NCBI GenBank assembly: GCA_947631105.1
Contig: CANRKD010000001.1
Span: 1-54,845 of the forward strand
Length of the DNA: 54,845 nt
From: an uncultured Bacilli bacterium
GTDB taxonomy: Bacteria; Bacillota_I; Bacilli_A; RF39; UBA660
Direction of reading: 5' to 3'
The notes beneath the pieces are model-generated. The model searched no databases. It was not told the origin of the DNA and saw nothing but the letters and a program-made list of their open reading frames with translations. Shown here piece after piece: positions 1 to 10,147 of this stretch. A program made the position numbers and the translations under genes. Each line of letters opens with the position of its first letter. Within the stretch, counting starts at the first letter, position 1.

Positions 1-237
1 GAATTAATGGGCGGAAGTCAAAGAGAAGAATCTTATGAAAAATTAGTTGCTCGCATGCACGAACTTAAGATGAATGAAGAAGAGATGGAGTGGTATTTAA
101 ATTTAAGAAAATATGGAACATGTGTACATTCTGGATTTGGTATGGGTTTTGAAAGATTATTAATTTATCTAACTGGAGTAGATAATATACGTGATGTAAT
201 TCCATATCCTAGAACTCCAGGAAATTGTGAATTTTAA
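1..237 (+). CDS. asnS: asparaginyl-tRNA synthetase, C-terminal fragment (5' end lies outside the window)
   Basis: The frame is open from base 1. The class II aaRS motif-3 region [17 protein letters not shown] and the terminal [11 protein letters not shown] are the typical AsnRS C-terminus. Confidence 0.85.
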   Translation, partial: ELMGGSQREESYEKLVARMHELKMNEEEMEWYLNLRKYGTCVHSGFGMGFERLLIYLTGVDNIRDVIPYPRTPGNCEF

Positions 238-257
238 TATAAAAAAGGAGACGAAAT

Positions 258-1343
258 ATGAATAAACCGTTTTGTTTGAAAAAAGGAGATAAAGTAGCGA
301 TTGTTAGTTTATCGAGAGGATTATTAGGGGAAGATTTTATTAAACATGAATTAGAATTAGGGATAAAGCGTTTAGAAAATTTTGGACTGGTTCCTATTAT
401 AATGCCAAATGCAACCAAAGGAATAAAGTATTTAGAAGAAAATCCCAGAGCTCGAGCTAGTGATTTAAAAGAAGCTTTTCAAAATCCGGAGATTAAAGGT
501 ATTATTTGTGCGATTGGTGGAGATGATACTTATAAAATTATTCCTTATTTAATGGAGGATCAAGAATTTATAGAAGCAGTAAAAAATAATCCTAAGCTAT
601 TTACAGGATTTTCCGATTCTACGATTGATCATATGATGCTTTATCGTTTAGGTTTAAAAACTTTTTATGGTCCATGCTTTTTAGTTGATTTAGCAGAACT
701 TGATACAAATATGCTTCCTTATACTAAGTATTACTTTGAAAAATATTTTTTGAATGAAGAATATTTTTCAATTACTTCTAGTGAAGTATGGTATAGTGAG
801 CGAAAAACTTATGCTCCAACTGAAATAGGGCATCCTAGAAAAGAAAATCAAGAAATACATGGTTTTGAAGTATTGAATGGATGTGGAGTAATAAGTGGTA
901 CTTTATATGGAGGATGTATAGAAAGTATTTATGAGGCTATTGTTGGAAACCGTCATCCAAACGAACCAGAAATTATAAAAAAATATAATATTTTATTAAA
1001 GGATGAAGAATGGCAAGATAAAATCTTGTTTTTGGAAACCTGTGAAGAAAAATCAGCCCCAGAAAAATTAGAAGAAATGCTACTTACATTAGAAAATGAA
1101 GGAATATTTAAAAGAATTAAAGGACTAATTATTGGAAAACCCTCCGATGAAATTTATTATGAAGAATATAAAGATATTTATAAAAAATTATTTAAAGATA
1201 CTGATATACCAATTTTATATAATATAAATTTTGGCCATGCTGTTCCAAGATGTATCATTCCTTATGGAGCTCAAGCAACTATTGATTATGATAAAAAAAC
1301 AATTACTATTGATGAGCCTATTTTTAAAAGATTAAAGAGATAA
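258..1343 (+). CDS. S66-family LD-carboxypeptidase / MccF-like serine peptidase (361 aa)
   Basis: An AAGGAG RBS lies 7 nt upstream. The S66 nucleophile motif FTGFSDST is present, together with the acidic ILFLETCEE segment and the C-terminal NFGHAVP His. Its 361-aa length fits MccF-like members better than the shorter LdcA. Confidence 0.7.
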   Translation: MNKPFCLKKGDKVAIVSLSRGLLGEDFIKHELELGIKRLENFGLVPIIMPNATKGIKYLEENPRARASDLKEAFQNPEIKGIICAIGGDDTYKIIPYLMEDQEFIEAVKNNPKLFTGFSDSTIDHMMLYRLGLKTFYGPCFLVDLAELDTNMLPYTKYYFEKYFLNEEYFSITSSEVWYSERKTYAPTEIGHPRKENQEIHGFEVLNGCGVISGTLYGGCIESIYEAIVGNRHPNEPEIIKKYNILLKDEEWQDKILFLETCEEKSAPEKLEEMLLTLENEGIFKRIKGLIIGKPSDEIYYEEYKDIYKKLFKDTDIPILYNINFGHAVPRCIIPYGAQATIDYDKKTITIDEPIFKRLKR

Positions 1344-1417
1344 TTATGAAAATAGTAACTTTTCAGTAAAGAACAAAAGAAAAAAATTAATGAGATTATT
1401 AGAAAGGAAGAAGAAAA

Positions 1418-3181
1418 ATGAAACAATATAATAATGGAGAATTTAGAAAGAAAGATATAGATAAAGAATATACCGTTTATGGATGGGTAAATAAACGTCG
1501 TGATATGGGAGGAGTTATTTTTGTTGATTTAAGAGATCGTTCTGGTATATTACAAATTGTTTTTAATCGTAGTTTTTTAAAAAATGATTTTGCCTTAGCT
1601 GAAAGCTTAAAAAATGAATATTGTATTAAGGCAACTGGTAAATTACTTGCTCGTACAGAAGAAATGATTAATCCAAAAATTCCTACTGGAGATGTTGAAT
1701 TAATGGTTGAAAATTTAGAAATTTTAAGTGAGGCTGAACCAGTACCTTTTAATATTTATGAAGATAAAGAAGTAAATGAAAATATTAGTTTAAAATACCG
1801 TTATTTAGATTTGCGAAGAGAAAAACTACAAAATACAATAAAAATGCGTCACCAAATTACTGCAGCAGTAAGAGAATATCTAAATCAACAAGATTTTTTA
1901 GAAATTGAAACGCCAATTTTATGTAAATCAACTCCTGAAGGTGCAAGAGATTACATTGTTCCTTCTAGAATTAGTAATGGTTCTTTCTATGCTTTGCCAC
2001 AAAGTCCCCAAATATTTAAACAACTTCTAATGGTGGGAGGTTTTGAAAAATATTATCAAATTGCAAAATGTTTTCGTGATGAAGATCTAAGAGCGGATCG
2101 CCAACCAGAATTTACACAAATTGATATGGAAATGAGTTTTGCCTCTCAAGAAGATGTCATTACTTTAGTAGAAGGAATGATAAAACATATTGTAAAAAAA
2201 GTTAAAAATATTGATTTAGAGGATTTTCCAAGAATGCCATATCAAGAAGCAATGGATCGATTTGGTAGTGATAAACCAGATACACGTTTTGAAATGGAAC
2301 TTTTAGATTTAACAGAAATTTTAAGAGATACCAAAATGAATGTTTTTCGTAATGCTATAGAAAACGGTGGTATTGCTAAATGTTTAATTGTTAAAAATAA
2401 TGGAGATAAATATTCTAGAAGTGATGTAGAACATTTAACAGAATTTGTTAAAATTTATGGAGCGAAAGGACTTGCTTGGCTAAAATATGATGATAATACG
2501 TTTAATGGTGTAATAGCTAAGAATTTAGAGGATGAAAAATTAGAAGAAATACGCACCACTTATCATGTAGAAAATAACGATTTAATCTTAATTGTTGCAG
2601 ATAAGAAAAAAGTTGTGTATGATTCTCTTGGCGCTTTAAGATTAAAAATTGCTAATGAATTAAAATTAATTGATGAAGAAAAAATGAATTTCTTATGGGT
2701 TGTTGATTTTCCAATGTTTGAATATTCTGAAAGTGAAAATCGTTATAAAGCAATGCATCATCCATTTACAATGCCAAGTGATTTAGATAAATTAAAAACG
2801 GATAAAGAAAATGTATTAAGTATTGCGTATGATATTGTCTTAAATGGTTATGAATTAGGTGGAGGTTCTGTGCGTATACATAATCCAAAGGTACAAAAAG
2901 TAGTTTTTGATGCTCTTGAACTTACAGAAGAAGATATTAAAAATAAATTTGGATTCTTTATGGATGCCTTTAAATATGGAGCACCTCCTCATGCTGGGCT
3001 TGCAATAGGATTAGAACGATTTACAATGCTTTTAAGCGGTACAGATAATATTAAAGATGTCATCGCTTTTCCTAAAACACAAAGTGCCAGTGATTTAATG
3101 AGTGAAGCACCAAATAAAGTTTCACAAGAACAATTAGAGGAATTAGGAATCAGTTTAATAGAAAAGATTGAAGAAGAATAA
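1418..3181 (+). CDS. aspS: aspartyl-tRNA synthetase
   Basis: 587 aa with an OB-fold N-terminus (GWVNKRRDMGGVIFVDLRDRSG). Class II motifs are present: FRDEDLRADRQPEFTQID and GLAIGLERFTMLL. The bacterial insertion domain is also there. Confidence 0.95.
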   Translation: MKQYNNGEFRKKDIDKEYTVYGWVNKRRDMGGVIFVDLRDRSGILQIVFNRSFLKNDFALAESLKNEYCIKATGKLLARTEEMINPKIPTGDVELMVENLEILSEAEPVPFNIYEDKEVNENISLKYRYLDLRREKLQNTIKMRHQITAAVREYLNQQDFLEIETPILCKSTPEGARDYIVPSRISNGSFYALPQSPQIFKQLLMVGGFEKYYQIAKCFRDEDLRADRQPEFTQIDMEMSFASQEDVITLVEGMIKHIVKKVKNIDLEDFPRMPYQEAMDRFGSDKPDTRFEMELLDLTEILRDTKMNVFRNAIENGGIAKCLIVKNNGDKYSRSDVEHLTEFVKIYGAKGLAWLKYDDNTFNGVIAKNLEDEKLEEIRTTYHVENNDLILIVADKKKVVYDSLGALRLKIANELKLIDEEKMNFLWVVDFPMFEYSESENRYKAMHHPFTMPSDLDKLKTDKENVLSIAYDIVLNGYELGGGSVRIHNPKVQKVVFDALELTEEDIKNKFGFFMDAFKYGAPPHAGLAIGLERFTMLLSGTDNIKDVIAFPKTQSASDLMSEAPNKVSQEQLEELGISLIEKIEEE

Positions 3182-3250
3182 AATAAAAAAAATATTGGTA
3201 CATATGAATTACTAAAACATGTAGAATTATAAAGGAAAGAAGGAAAATTT

Positions 3251-3556
3251 ATGACTAAATTTAGCAAAGAATTAGTAGATGATTTAGCCAAAAAATTATT
3301 AATTGGTTTAAGTTCTGAAGAAAATCAAATGGTTTTAGATGAATTTGCAATTATTGATGAAAATTTAAGTAAAGTAGATGATTTTGAAAATATCAAAGAT
3401 GTTTCTCCTATGACCCATGCTTTAGATGATTTTGTTTTTTCATTAAGAGAAGATAAAGCAAGCGATAGTGTTCCGATTGAAGATCTACTTAAAAATTGTG
3501 ATCAAATAGAAGGTAGGGAAGTTGAAGTACCAAAAGTTGTGGGAGGTGAAAATTAA
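3251..3556 (+). CDS. gatC: Asp/Glu-tRNA amidotransferase subunit C
   Basis: A 101-aa ORF immediately upstream of gatA, with its stop overlapping the gatA start (TAATG). It has a GatC-like sequence and lies in the gatCAB order. Confidence 0.85.
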   Translation: MTKFSKELVDDLAKKLLIGLSSEENQMVLDEFAIIDENLSKVDDFENIKDVSPMTHALDDFVFSLREDKASDSVPIEDLLKNCDQIEGREVEVPKVVGGEN

Positions 3557-5004
3557 TGGATAAAACAATTTTAGAATTACATGAATTACTAAAAAATAAA
3601 AAAATCTCAAGTCAAGAATTAGTGGCCGAATCATTAAAGAAGAGTCATGAAATTCAAGAAAAATATAATGCCTTTGTAACGATTTTAGATGATGCGAAGG
3701 GAACAGATAAAATAGATCATTTATTATCTGGCATTCCATTTGGTATAAAAGATAATTATTCAATGAAGAATGTTTTATCGACCGGGTCGTCCAATACATT
3801 AAAAGATTATGTTCCCTTTTATACTGCTACTGCTTTACAAAAACTTTTAGATGTAGGTGCAATTCCTGTAAACAAGACTGTTTTAGACGAATTTGGAATG
3901 GGTGGAACCGGAACGACAGGGCACACTGGAATTGTTAAAAATCCCTGGGATCCTACGCGAATGACAGCTGGTTCTTCTGCCGGAAGTGCTTGTGCTGTTG
4001 CCTCTGGAGTATATCCTTATGCTCTTGGAAGTGATACTGGAGACTCTATTCGTAAACCAGCAGCATATTGCGGAATTGTTGGGTACAAGCCTACCTATGG
4101 AATGATTTCTAGATATGGATTATTCCCATTTGCCTCTAGTTTGGATCATTGCGGAGTTTTAACAAGAAGCGTATGTGATGCTGCCATTGTTGTAGATGCA
4201 ATGAAAGGAATCGATGAACATGATATGACTAGTTGGGATTCCAAGGATATTCATTTATATGAAAATATAACGAAAAGTGTGGAAGGGAAGAAACTTTGTT
4301 ATATTAAAGAATTATGTAATATTGAAATGTATGATAATCCAACGGAAGAATTACAAAATCATTTAAAAAACTTTAAAGAAAAAATAGAACTTTGTAAGTC
4401 TTTAGGCATGAAAGTAGATGAGGTATCTATCGATCCAAAATTATTAAATGCTCTACCTAGTGTATACGTTGCCATTTCTTGTGCGGAAGCAACAAGTAAT
4501 ATGTCTAATTTAACAGGTATTATTTTTGGTCCTCGTGGCGAAGGAGATAAATATGAAGAAATTATGATGGATCATCGTACCAAAGGATTTTCTCCATTAA
4601 TAAAACGTAGATTTGTAATTGGATCTTATATTTTGCAAAAAGAAAATCAAGAACGTTATTTTAAAAATGCTCAAAGAGTAAGAAGATTACTTGTTGATGC
4701 ATGGAAAGAACTTTATAGGACTTATGATGCAGTTATATTACCAGTTGGAACAGGAGTAGCCAAACACTTAGATGGTTCTAAAGATATTTTAACAAAAGAT
4801 ACTGCTGCTTTAGAAGAACACTTACAAATTGGTAATTTTGGTGGATTTCCTTCAATTACAATTCCTGATGGATTTATAGATGGGCTTCCTGTTGCTTTAA
4901 ATATTACAGGAAACTGTTTTGAAGATGAAAAAGTCTTGCAAATTGCCTATGCATTAGAAAGTAAAATGGATTATAAAAATCAAATTGCAAAGGAGGTAAA
5001 ATAA
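3556..5004 (+). CDS. gatA: Asp/Glu-tRNA amidotransferase subunit A
   Basis: Amidase signature (GIPFGIKDNY, GGTGTTG, AGSSAGSACAVASG). 482 aa. Placed between gatC and gatB. Confidence 0.93.
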   Translation: MDKTILELHELLKNKKISSQELVAESLKKSHEIQEKYNAFVTILDDAKGTDKIDHLLSGIPFGIKDNYSMKNVLSTGSSNTLKDYVPFYTATALQKLLDVGAIPVNKTVLDEFGMGGTGTTGHTGIVKNPWDPTRMTAGSSAGSACAVASGVYPYALGSDTGDSIRKPAAYCGIVGYKPTYGMISRYGLFPFASSLDHCGVLTRSVCDAAIVVDAMKGIDEHDMTSWDSKDIHLYENITKSVEGKKLCYIKELCNIEMYDNPTEELQNHLKNFKEKIELCKSLGMKVDEVSIDPKLLNALPSVYVAISCAEATSNMSNLTGIIFGPRGEGDKYEEIMMDHRTKGFSPLIKRRFVIGSYILQKENQERYFKNAQRVRRLLVDAWKELYRTYDAVILPVGTGVAKHLDGSKDILTKDTAALEEHLQIGNFGGFPSITIPDGFIDGLPVALNITGNCFEDEKVLQIAYALESKMDYKNQIAKEVK

Positions 5005-6435
5005 ATGGGACATTATAAAGCTGTTATTGGGCTTGAAATGCATTGTGAATTAAAAAGTAATTCAAAAATATTTTCAAGTGCAAGAAATACATATAATGAA
5101 ACACCAAATGATAATGTAGCACCAGTGGATATGGCATTTCCAGGTACACTTCCAGTTGTTAATAAAAAATGTGTTCGAGATGCCTTAATGATGAGTATGG
5201 TTTTAAATTGTAAACAACCAGAATATATGTATTTTGATCGTAAAAACTATTATTACCCAGACTTACCTAAAGGATATCAAATTACTCAAATGGAATCTCC
5301 TGTAGGAGTGGATGGAGAGATTACTATTGAATGTAATGGTAAAAAGAAAAAAGTGTATATACATGACATTCACTTAGAAGAAGATGCTGCAAGTTTAGAT
5401 CATTATTTTGATACATCTTGCATAGACTATAATCGTGCTGGAGTACCTTTATTAGAGCTTGTTACAGAACCATGTTTATCTAGTGCAGAGGAGGCTGTTG
5501 CTTTTCTAGAACATATGCGTAGTGCCTATAAATATTGTGATGTTTCTGAAGCTGATACCAAAAAAGGCCAAATACGTTGTGATGTTAATGTTTCCATTAT
5601 GGACGAAGATGCTACAGAATTTGGTACAAGAGTAGAAATTAAAAATATTAACTCTTTTGGAAATGTTTATGATGCTATAAACTATGAGATTAAAAGACAA
5701 AGTGAATTAAAAGATCAAGGTAGATACGGTGAAGTTGAACAAGAAACAAGAAGATTTGATGAAGAAAGCGGGACAACTATTCGTATGCGTTCTAAAGTTG
5801 ACGCCATTGATTATAAATATTTTGTTGATCCAAATTTGCCTAAATTTAAGATAGAAGATAGCTGGTTAAAAGAAATTCGTGAGTCAATTCCTTTACTTGC
5901 CTTAGAACGTAAAGAAAAATATATCAATGATTTTGGCTTAAGTGAATATGATGCTGGGGTAATTGTCAAAGAAAAGGAATATGCCGAATACTTTGAAGAA
6001 TGCCTAAATTTAGGAATGGATGCTAAAACAGCAAGTAATTGGTTAACAACCCAAATTTTAGGGGAAATAAATCATTTAGATGTGGCATTGAAAGATTTTT
6101 ATTTAACTCCAAATTTATTACAACAAATTACTAACGAAGTAAATAAAGGCACAATTTCATCTAAACAAGCCAAAGAAATTTTTTATAAATCTGTCGAAGA
6201 GCAAAAAGAACCTAAAACATATATAAGTAGTGATATGGCTCAAATTTCTGACCAAAGTGAACTAGAAAAAATTATTGAAACGATTTTATCAGATAATTCT
6301 GCTCAAGTAGAACAATATAAAAGTGGTAAAACGAATCTTTTTGATTATTTTGTTGGACAGGTAATGAAAAATACAAGAGGAAAAGCAAATCCTGTTGTTA
6401 CAAAAGAAATATTAAAGAAAAAATTAGAAAAATAA
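5005..6435 (+). CDS. gatB: Asp/Glu-tRNA amidotransferase subunit B
   Basis: The N-terminus YKAVIGLEMHCEL is typical of GatB. A C-terminal YqeY-like tail is present. 476 aa, abutting the gatA stop. Confidence 0.93.
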   Translation: MGHYKAVIGLEMHCELKSNSKIFSSARNTYNETPNDNVAPVDMAFPGTLPVVNKKCVRDALMMSMVLNCKQPEYMYFDRKNYYYPDLPKGYQITQMESPVGVDGEITIECNGKKKKVYIHDIHLEEDAASLDHYFDTSCIDYNRAGVPLLELVTEPCLSSAEEAVAFLEHMRSAYKYCDVSEADTKKGQIRCDVNVSIMDEDATEFGTRVEIKNINSFGNVYDAINYEIKRQSELKDQGRYGEVEQETRRFDEESGTTIRMRSKVDAIDYKYFVDPNLPKFKIEDSWLKEIRESIPLLALERKEKYINDFGLSEYDAGVIVKEKEYAEYFEECLNLGMDAKTASNWLTTQILGEINHLDVALKDFYLTPNLLQQITNEVNKGTISSKQAKEIFYKSVEEQKEPKTYISSDMAQISDQSELEKIIETILSDNSAQVEQYKSGKTNLFDYFVGQVMKNTRGKANPVVTKEILKKKLEK

Positions 6436-6475
6436 TATATTGAAATAAAAATAAAATAGGGAGGTTGGAAAAGTA

Positions 6476-7321
6476 ATGCGTATTACGCAAAAAATATTGA
6501 ATAAAAAAGCAAAAAAAAATATATCTACAAATGAAATCACCATTCGAAATCTTTTAAAATCTATTGATATAGAAGAAGCTCTTATATTAGATGAAAAAAA
6601 TGCTATTATCATAACAAGTATAGAATCGAATGACGACGATAATTATCAAGAAGAAAAAAATTTAAATTATATTATGTCACATGTTCAATTAAAAGATCAG
6701 GAATTACAATTTGTATCACAATGGAATATGGATTTGTTCTATTATGGTATTTTAAAAAGGGATCAATGGTTGAAAGATTTAAAATTATTTAAGATTTGGA
6801 CAGGTAGAAAACAAGGATTATATGATTATACAAAAGGAAAATTTATTATACCTCTTAACGATTGGGATACTTTATTATTCGGCAATCATAAAGAATATAT
6901 AAAAAAATATAAAGGAATTTTAGCTACATTTGAATTGACTTCAGAATTTGAAAAAGGTGATGTCTTTACTTATATTAATCCAGTTACATCTCAATCTATG
7001 ATTGAATCTTTTAAAATTCAAGATAAACCATATTTTGCAATTTTAAATTTTGATGGTAGTATTAGAGGAAATAAATTATTTTATGGAAATGACTTTTCAA
7101 AAATAGAGGATATTATTGATTTAAATCATTATGATTCTTTACAAGATTTTAAAAAACAACGAAAAGCAATATTAACGAATATAAAACGAGAAAAAAAATT
7201 AGAATATGAAAAAAGATTGAAAAGTAAACAAGAGAAAAATTTATCGCCATATTTAGATGATGAAGTTTATAAAATAGTTTTTGATGATGAATATTATAAA
7301 AAAGAATTATGTAGAAAATAA
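6476..7321 (+). CDS. hypothetical protein (281 aa, soluble, K/E/D-rich C-terminus)
   Basis: A long ORF with GGGAGG upstream. I recognise no motif. A weak hairpin plus T-run follows it. Confidence 0.55.
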   Translation: MRITQKILNKKAKKNISTNEITIRNLLKSIDIEEALILDEKNAIIITSIESNDDDNYQEEKNLNYIMSHVQLKDQELQFVSQWNMDLFYYGILKRDQWLKDLKLFKIWTGRKQGLYDYTKGKFIIPLNDWDTLLFGNHKEYIKKYKGILATFELTSEFEKGDVFTYINPVTSQSMIESFKIQDKPYFAILNFDGSIRGNKLFYGNDFSKIEDIIDLNHYDSLQDFKKQRKAILTNIKREKKLEYEKRLKSKQEKNLSPYLDDEVYKIVFDDEYYKKELCRK

Positions 7322-7391
7322 TAATAGATAATCAAGGAAAATTTGTTTATCTTTTTTTTAATTTATTCTATAATATAATAAGTGATGTTAT

Positions 7392-8225
7392 ATGAAGAAA
7401 TTAAAAGAAAAATTTAAAAATGTAAATAAAAAAACTTTAGGGATAGTTACAATAATTATTTTATGTGTATTTATTTTACTTTTTCTAATTATTTTAACTG
7501 TAAAAGTATCTCGTTTATCTAATCAAAAAGATATAAATAAGATCCAGGAAACCCAAAGTGAAAGTGTGGAATATGAAAGTGAATCTCCAACAGAACAGCA
7601 GGAAGATAACAATATAGTATCGGACAAGAAGACTATACAAAAAACTACACCTTCTCAACCAGAAACCCCCCAAAATCAAGAAATTCCTAGCATAAATAAA
7701 CCTATAGAAAGTAGTAGTACTTCTGAAAGTTCTGAAGGCACTACAATCAAAAGTGCTGACGAAGAAGTTCTCGTTTATCTAAATGAAACTAAGTCCAATT
7801 TAGATAATGTTTCATTACGTGATAAAGTAAAAGAAAATTTTATTACTCTTGTTGACTTTTTATTTTATGATGGATCTATAAAAGGCCATACTTTTAATGA
7901 ATTAACAACGAAAACGAAATTAAAAGTGTTACAAATTTCTTTGGCAATTGATCAGAAAATTGATCATTATTTTCCTGATTATAAGGCAAAGATTTCAAAT
8001 GGAACTTCGCGTATATATACAAATATTAAAGAAAAAATTGTAAAAAAATATTTGGAACTTACTACATCTATTTGTCTAAAAGATCAAGAATTATGTTCTT
8101 CTGCAAAAAATGATTTCCAAGATATGAAAAAATCTTTTTCTTTAACTTGGGATATTATAAAAAATTTAGCAAGTAATGGTGTATCTAATTTAAAATCTTG
8201 GTATGAAATTTATAGTGGAAAGTAA
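7392..8225 (+). CDS. hypothetical membrane-anchored protein (277 aa)
   Basis: An N-terminal K-rich segment is followed by one hydrophobic helix (LGIVTIIILCVFILLFLIILTV). Next comes an S/T/P/Q/E-rich linker, then a roughly 150-aa helical C-terminal domain. A TATAAT-like box lies upstream. Confidence 0.6.
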   Translation: MKKLKEKFKNVNKKTLGIVTIIILCVFILLFLIILTVKVSRLSNQKDINKIQETQSESVEYESESPTEQQEDNNIVSDKKTIQKTTPSQPETPQNQEIPSINKPIESSSTSESSEGTTIKSADEEVLVYLNETKSNLDNVSLRDKVKENFITLVDFLFYDGSIKGHTFNELTTKTKLKVLQISLAIDQKIDHYFPDYKAKISNGTSRIYTNIKEKIVKKYLELTTSICLKDQELCSSAKNDFQDMKKSFSLTWDIIKNLASNGVSNLKSWYEIYSGK

Positions 8226-8271
8226 TAATTAAATTTGCTATAATAATAAAAAGATAAAGAGGTGTCTTGAC

Positions 8272-10029
8272 ATGTTTGGAAAAATAAAATATATAAGCGA
8301 AAGTATGGCCTATATTGAAAATCTTGGAGGAGAAAAGGGCGCTACGGATTTAATGAATGTGAATGTTATTTTTGAAGCTCCTGATCAAAGAATTTTAGGG
8401 GAAATTACGGAAATTAATCCAGATGAAATTAGAATTCGCTTTTTAGGAGAATATCTTGATGGTCATTATGTAAATGGTGTGATTCGTAAACCACTTTTAT
8501 CTTCAAAAATTAGAATTATAAATAATGAAGAATTAATGGAACTTGTAGGTACGCCAAGCGCTAAATCTTTTATTTTAGGAGAGAGTGCAATTTATAAAAA
8601 ATATAATATTTGTCCGAATATAAATTCGCTTTTATCAAATCATATTGGAATTTTTGGAAATACCGGTAGTGGAAAGTCTTGTGGAGTAGCTCGAATTGTT
8701 CAAAATTTATTTTTAAATCCTCATATGTTATCTTATAATGCCAATATCTTTGTATTTGATGCCTATGGAGAATACAAAAATGCTTTTGGAAGTATTAATA
8801 ATATTAATCCCAATTATAGTTATAAATTTATTACAACAAATCCAATAGATTCTGATGATTTTTTGCTCCAAATTCCTGTTAATTTATTAAACTTAGATGA
8901 TTTTGCTTTACTTTTACAAGCGACTAATCATAGTCAATTACCAATTATTGAAAGAACTTTACGTTTGTCTAAAATATTTAGTCAACAGTCTGAAGATTCT
9001 ATTAAATACAAAAATCATTTAATCGCGAAAGCGTTGCTTGCCATTTTATTTAGCAACCAAACAACTGCTCGAAAGAAAAATGAAGTTTTTCAAATTATTG
9101 AAGTCTGTCATACGAATGAATTTAATTTTGATAGTCAAATTGCAGGTTTAGGATATACCAGAACTTTTAGTGAATGTTTTGAAATTGATTCCAATGGTAA
9201 TTTTGGAGAAAGTGTTTTAATTACAGAATATATTTTAAAACATATTGAAGATAATTATGAAGAATTACCAGAACCAGCAGAATATGATTTTTCTCTAGTT
9301 GATTTTGCTAATGCTTTAGAATTTACTATGATTAGTGAAGGATTCCAAAGTAATACCAATATGTATAATGATGCAATGATTTTAAAAGTTCGTTTAAGTA
9401 CTATTTTAAATACAAAAGTAAAGAAATATTTTTGTAATAATGGTTATATATCTATTGATAAATATGTCAGTAGTTTAGTTGTCAAAAACGGTAAAAAAGC
9501 ACAAATTATTAATATTAATCTAGAGGATATTGATGATACATATGCAAAAGTTATTGTAAAAATCATGTCTCGTATATTTTTTGATTTTTGTAAAAATTTA
9601 GAACAACGTGCAAGTATACCTTTCCATATATTTTTAGAAGAAGCTCATAGATACATTCAACATGATAATGACACCTATCTATTAGGCTATAATATTTTTG
9701 AGCGTATAGCCAAAGAAGGTCGTAAATATGGAACTTTACTAGGAATTATTAGTCAAAGACCAGTAGAAATTTCCGATACGGTTATTTCGCAAGTTTCTAA
9801 TTTCTTGATATTTAAAATGACGCACCCTAAAGATATTAAATATATTGAAGAAATGTTACCAAATATTTCAGCAGATGTTATCGAAAAACAAAAAACTTTA
9901 CAACCAGGAAGTTGTGTTGGATTTGGTAGTGCATTTAAAATACCAATGATTATTCGTATGCAACTGCCTGATCCTTTACCTTATAGTTCCAATTGTGATG
10001 TCTCTGAAAGATGGAACGTTCAAAAATAA
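8272..10029 (+). CDS. HerA/FtsK-superfamily P-loop ATPase (DUF87/HerA-like, 585 aa)
   Basis: An AAGAGGTG RBS is present. The N-terminus looks like a HAS barrel. Walker A is GIFGNTGSGKS. A HerA-type Walker B/sensor is present (FHIFLEEAHRYI), followed by AKEGRKYGTLLGIISQRPVEIS. Confidence 0.75.
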   Translation: MFGKIKYISESMAYIENLGGEKGATDLMNVNVIFEAPDQRILGEITEINPDEIRIRFLGEYLDGHYVNGVIRKPLLSSKIRIINNEELMELVGTPSAKSFILGESAIYKKYNICPNINSLLSNHIGIFGNTGSGKSCGVARIVQNLFLNPHMLSYNANIFVFDAYGEYKNAFGSINNINPNYSYKFITTNPIDSDDFLLQIPVNLLNLDDFALLLQATNHSQLPIIERTLRLSKIFSQQSEDSIKYKNHLIAKALLAILFSNQTTARKKNEVFQIIEVCHTNEFNFDSQIAGLGYTRTFSECFEIDSNGNFGESVLITEYILKHIEDNYEELPEPAEYDFSLVDFANALEFTMISEGFQSNTNMYNDAMILKVRLSTILNTKVKKYFCNNGYISIDKYVSSLVVKNGKKAQIININLEDIDDTYAKVIVKIMSRIFFDFCKNLEQRASIPFHIFLEEAHRYIQHDNDTYLLGYNIFERIAKEGRKYGTLLGIISQRPVEISDTVISQVSNFLIFKMTHPKDIKYIEEMLPNISADVIEKQKTLQPGSCVGFGSAFKIPMIIRMQLPDPLPYSSNCDVSERWNVQK

Positions 10030-10111
10030 AATTTAAAGCAATTGATGTAAATATACGGAGAAATACCTATTTAGAAATTATTATAAAAAAATAAGAAAAT
10101 GCATAGATAAC

Positions 10112-10141
10112 TTGTATAAATAGAATTCAATATGATATAAT
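10112..10141 (+). promoter_or_regulatory. sigma-A-type promoter (TTGTAT, 18-nt spacer, TGaTATAAT extended -10)
   Basis: TTGTAT lies at 10112-10117. TG lies at 10133-10134 and TATAAT at 10136-10141. All of this sits in the HerA-tcdA intergenic region. Confidence 0.5.
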
Positions 10142-10147
10142 AATAAT

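Noticed and set aside
1344-1417. Possible T-box leader upstream of aspS.
   Set aside because: The leader is only 74 nt. It has no specifier hairpin, no T-box sequence (GGTGGTACCGCG-like) and no terminator/antiterminator pair.
6476-7321. NurA-like 'DGS' motif (AILNFDGSIRG) in the 281-aa orphan next to the HerA-like ATPase.
   Set aside because: The motif lies about 85 residues from the C-terminus. That leaves no room for the remaining NurA catalytic elements, so it is probably a chance match.
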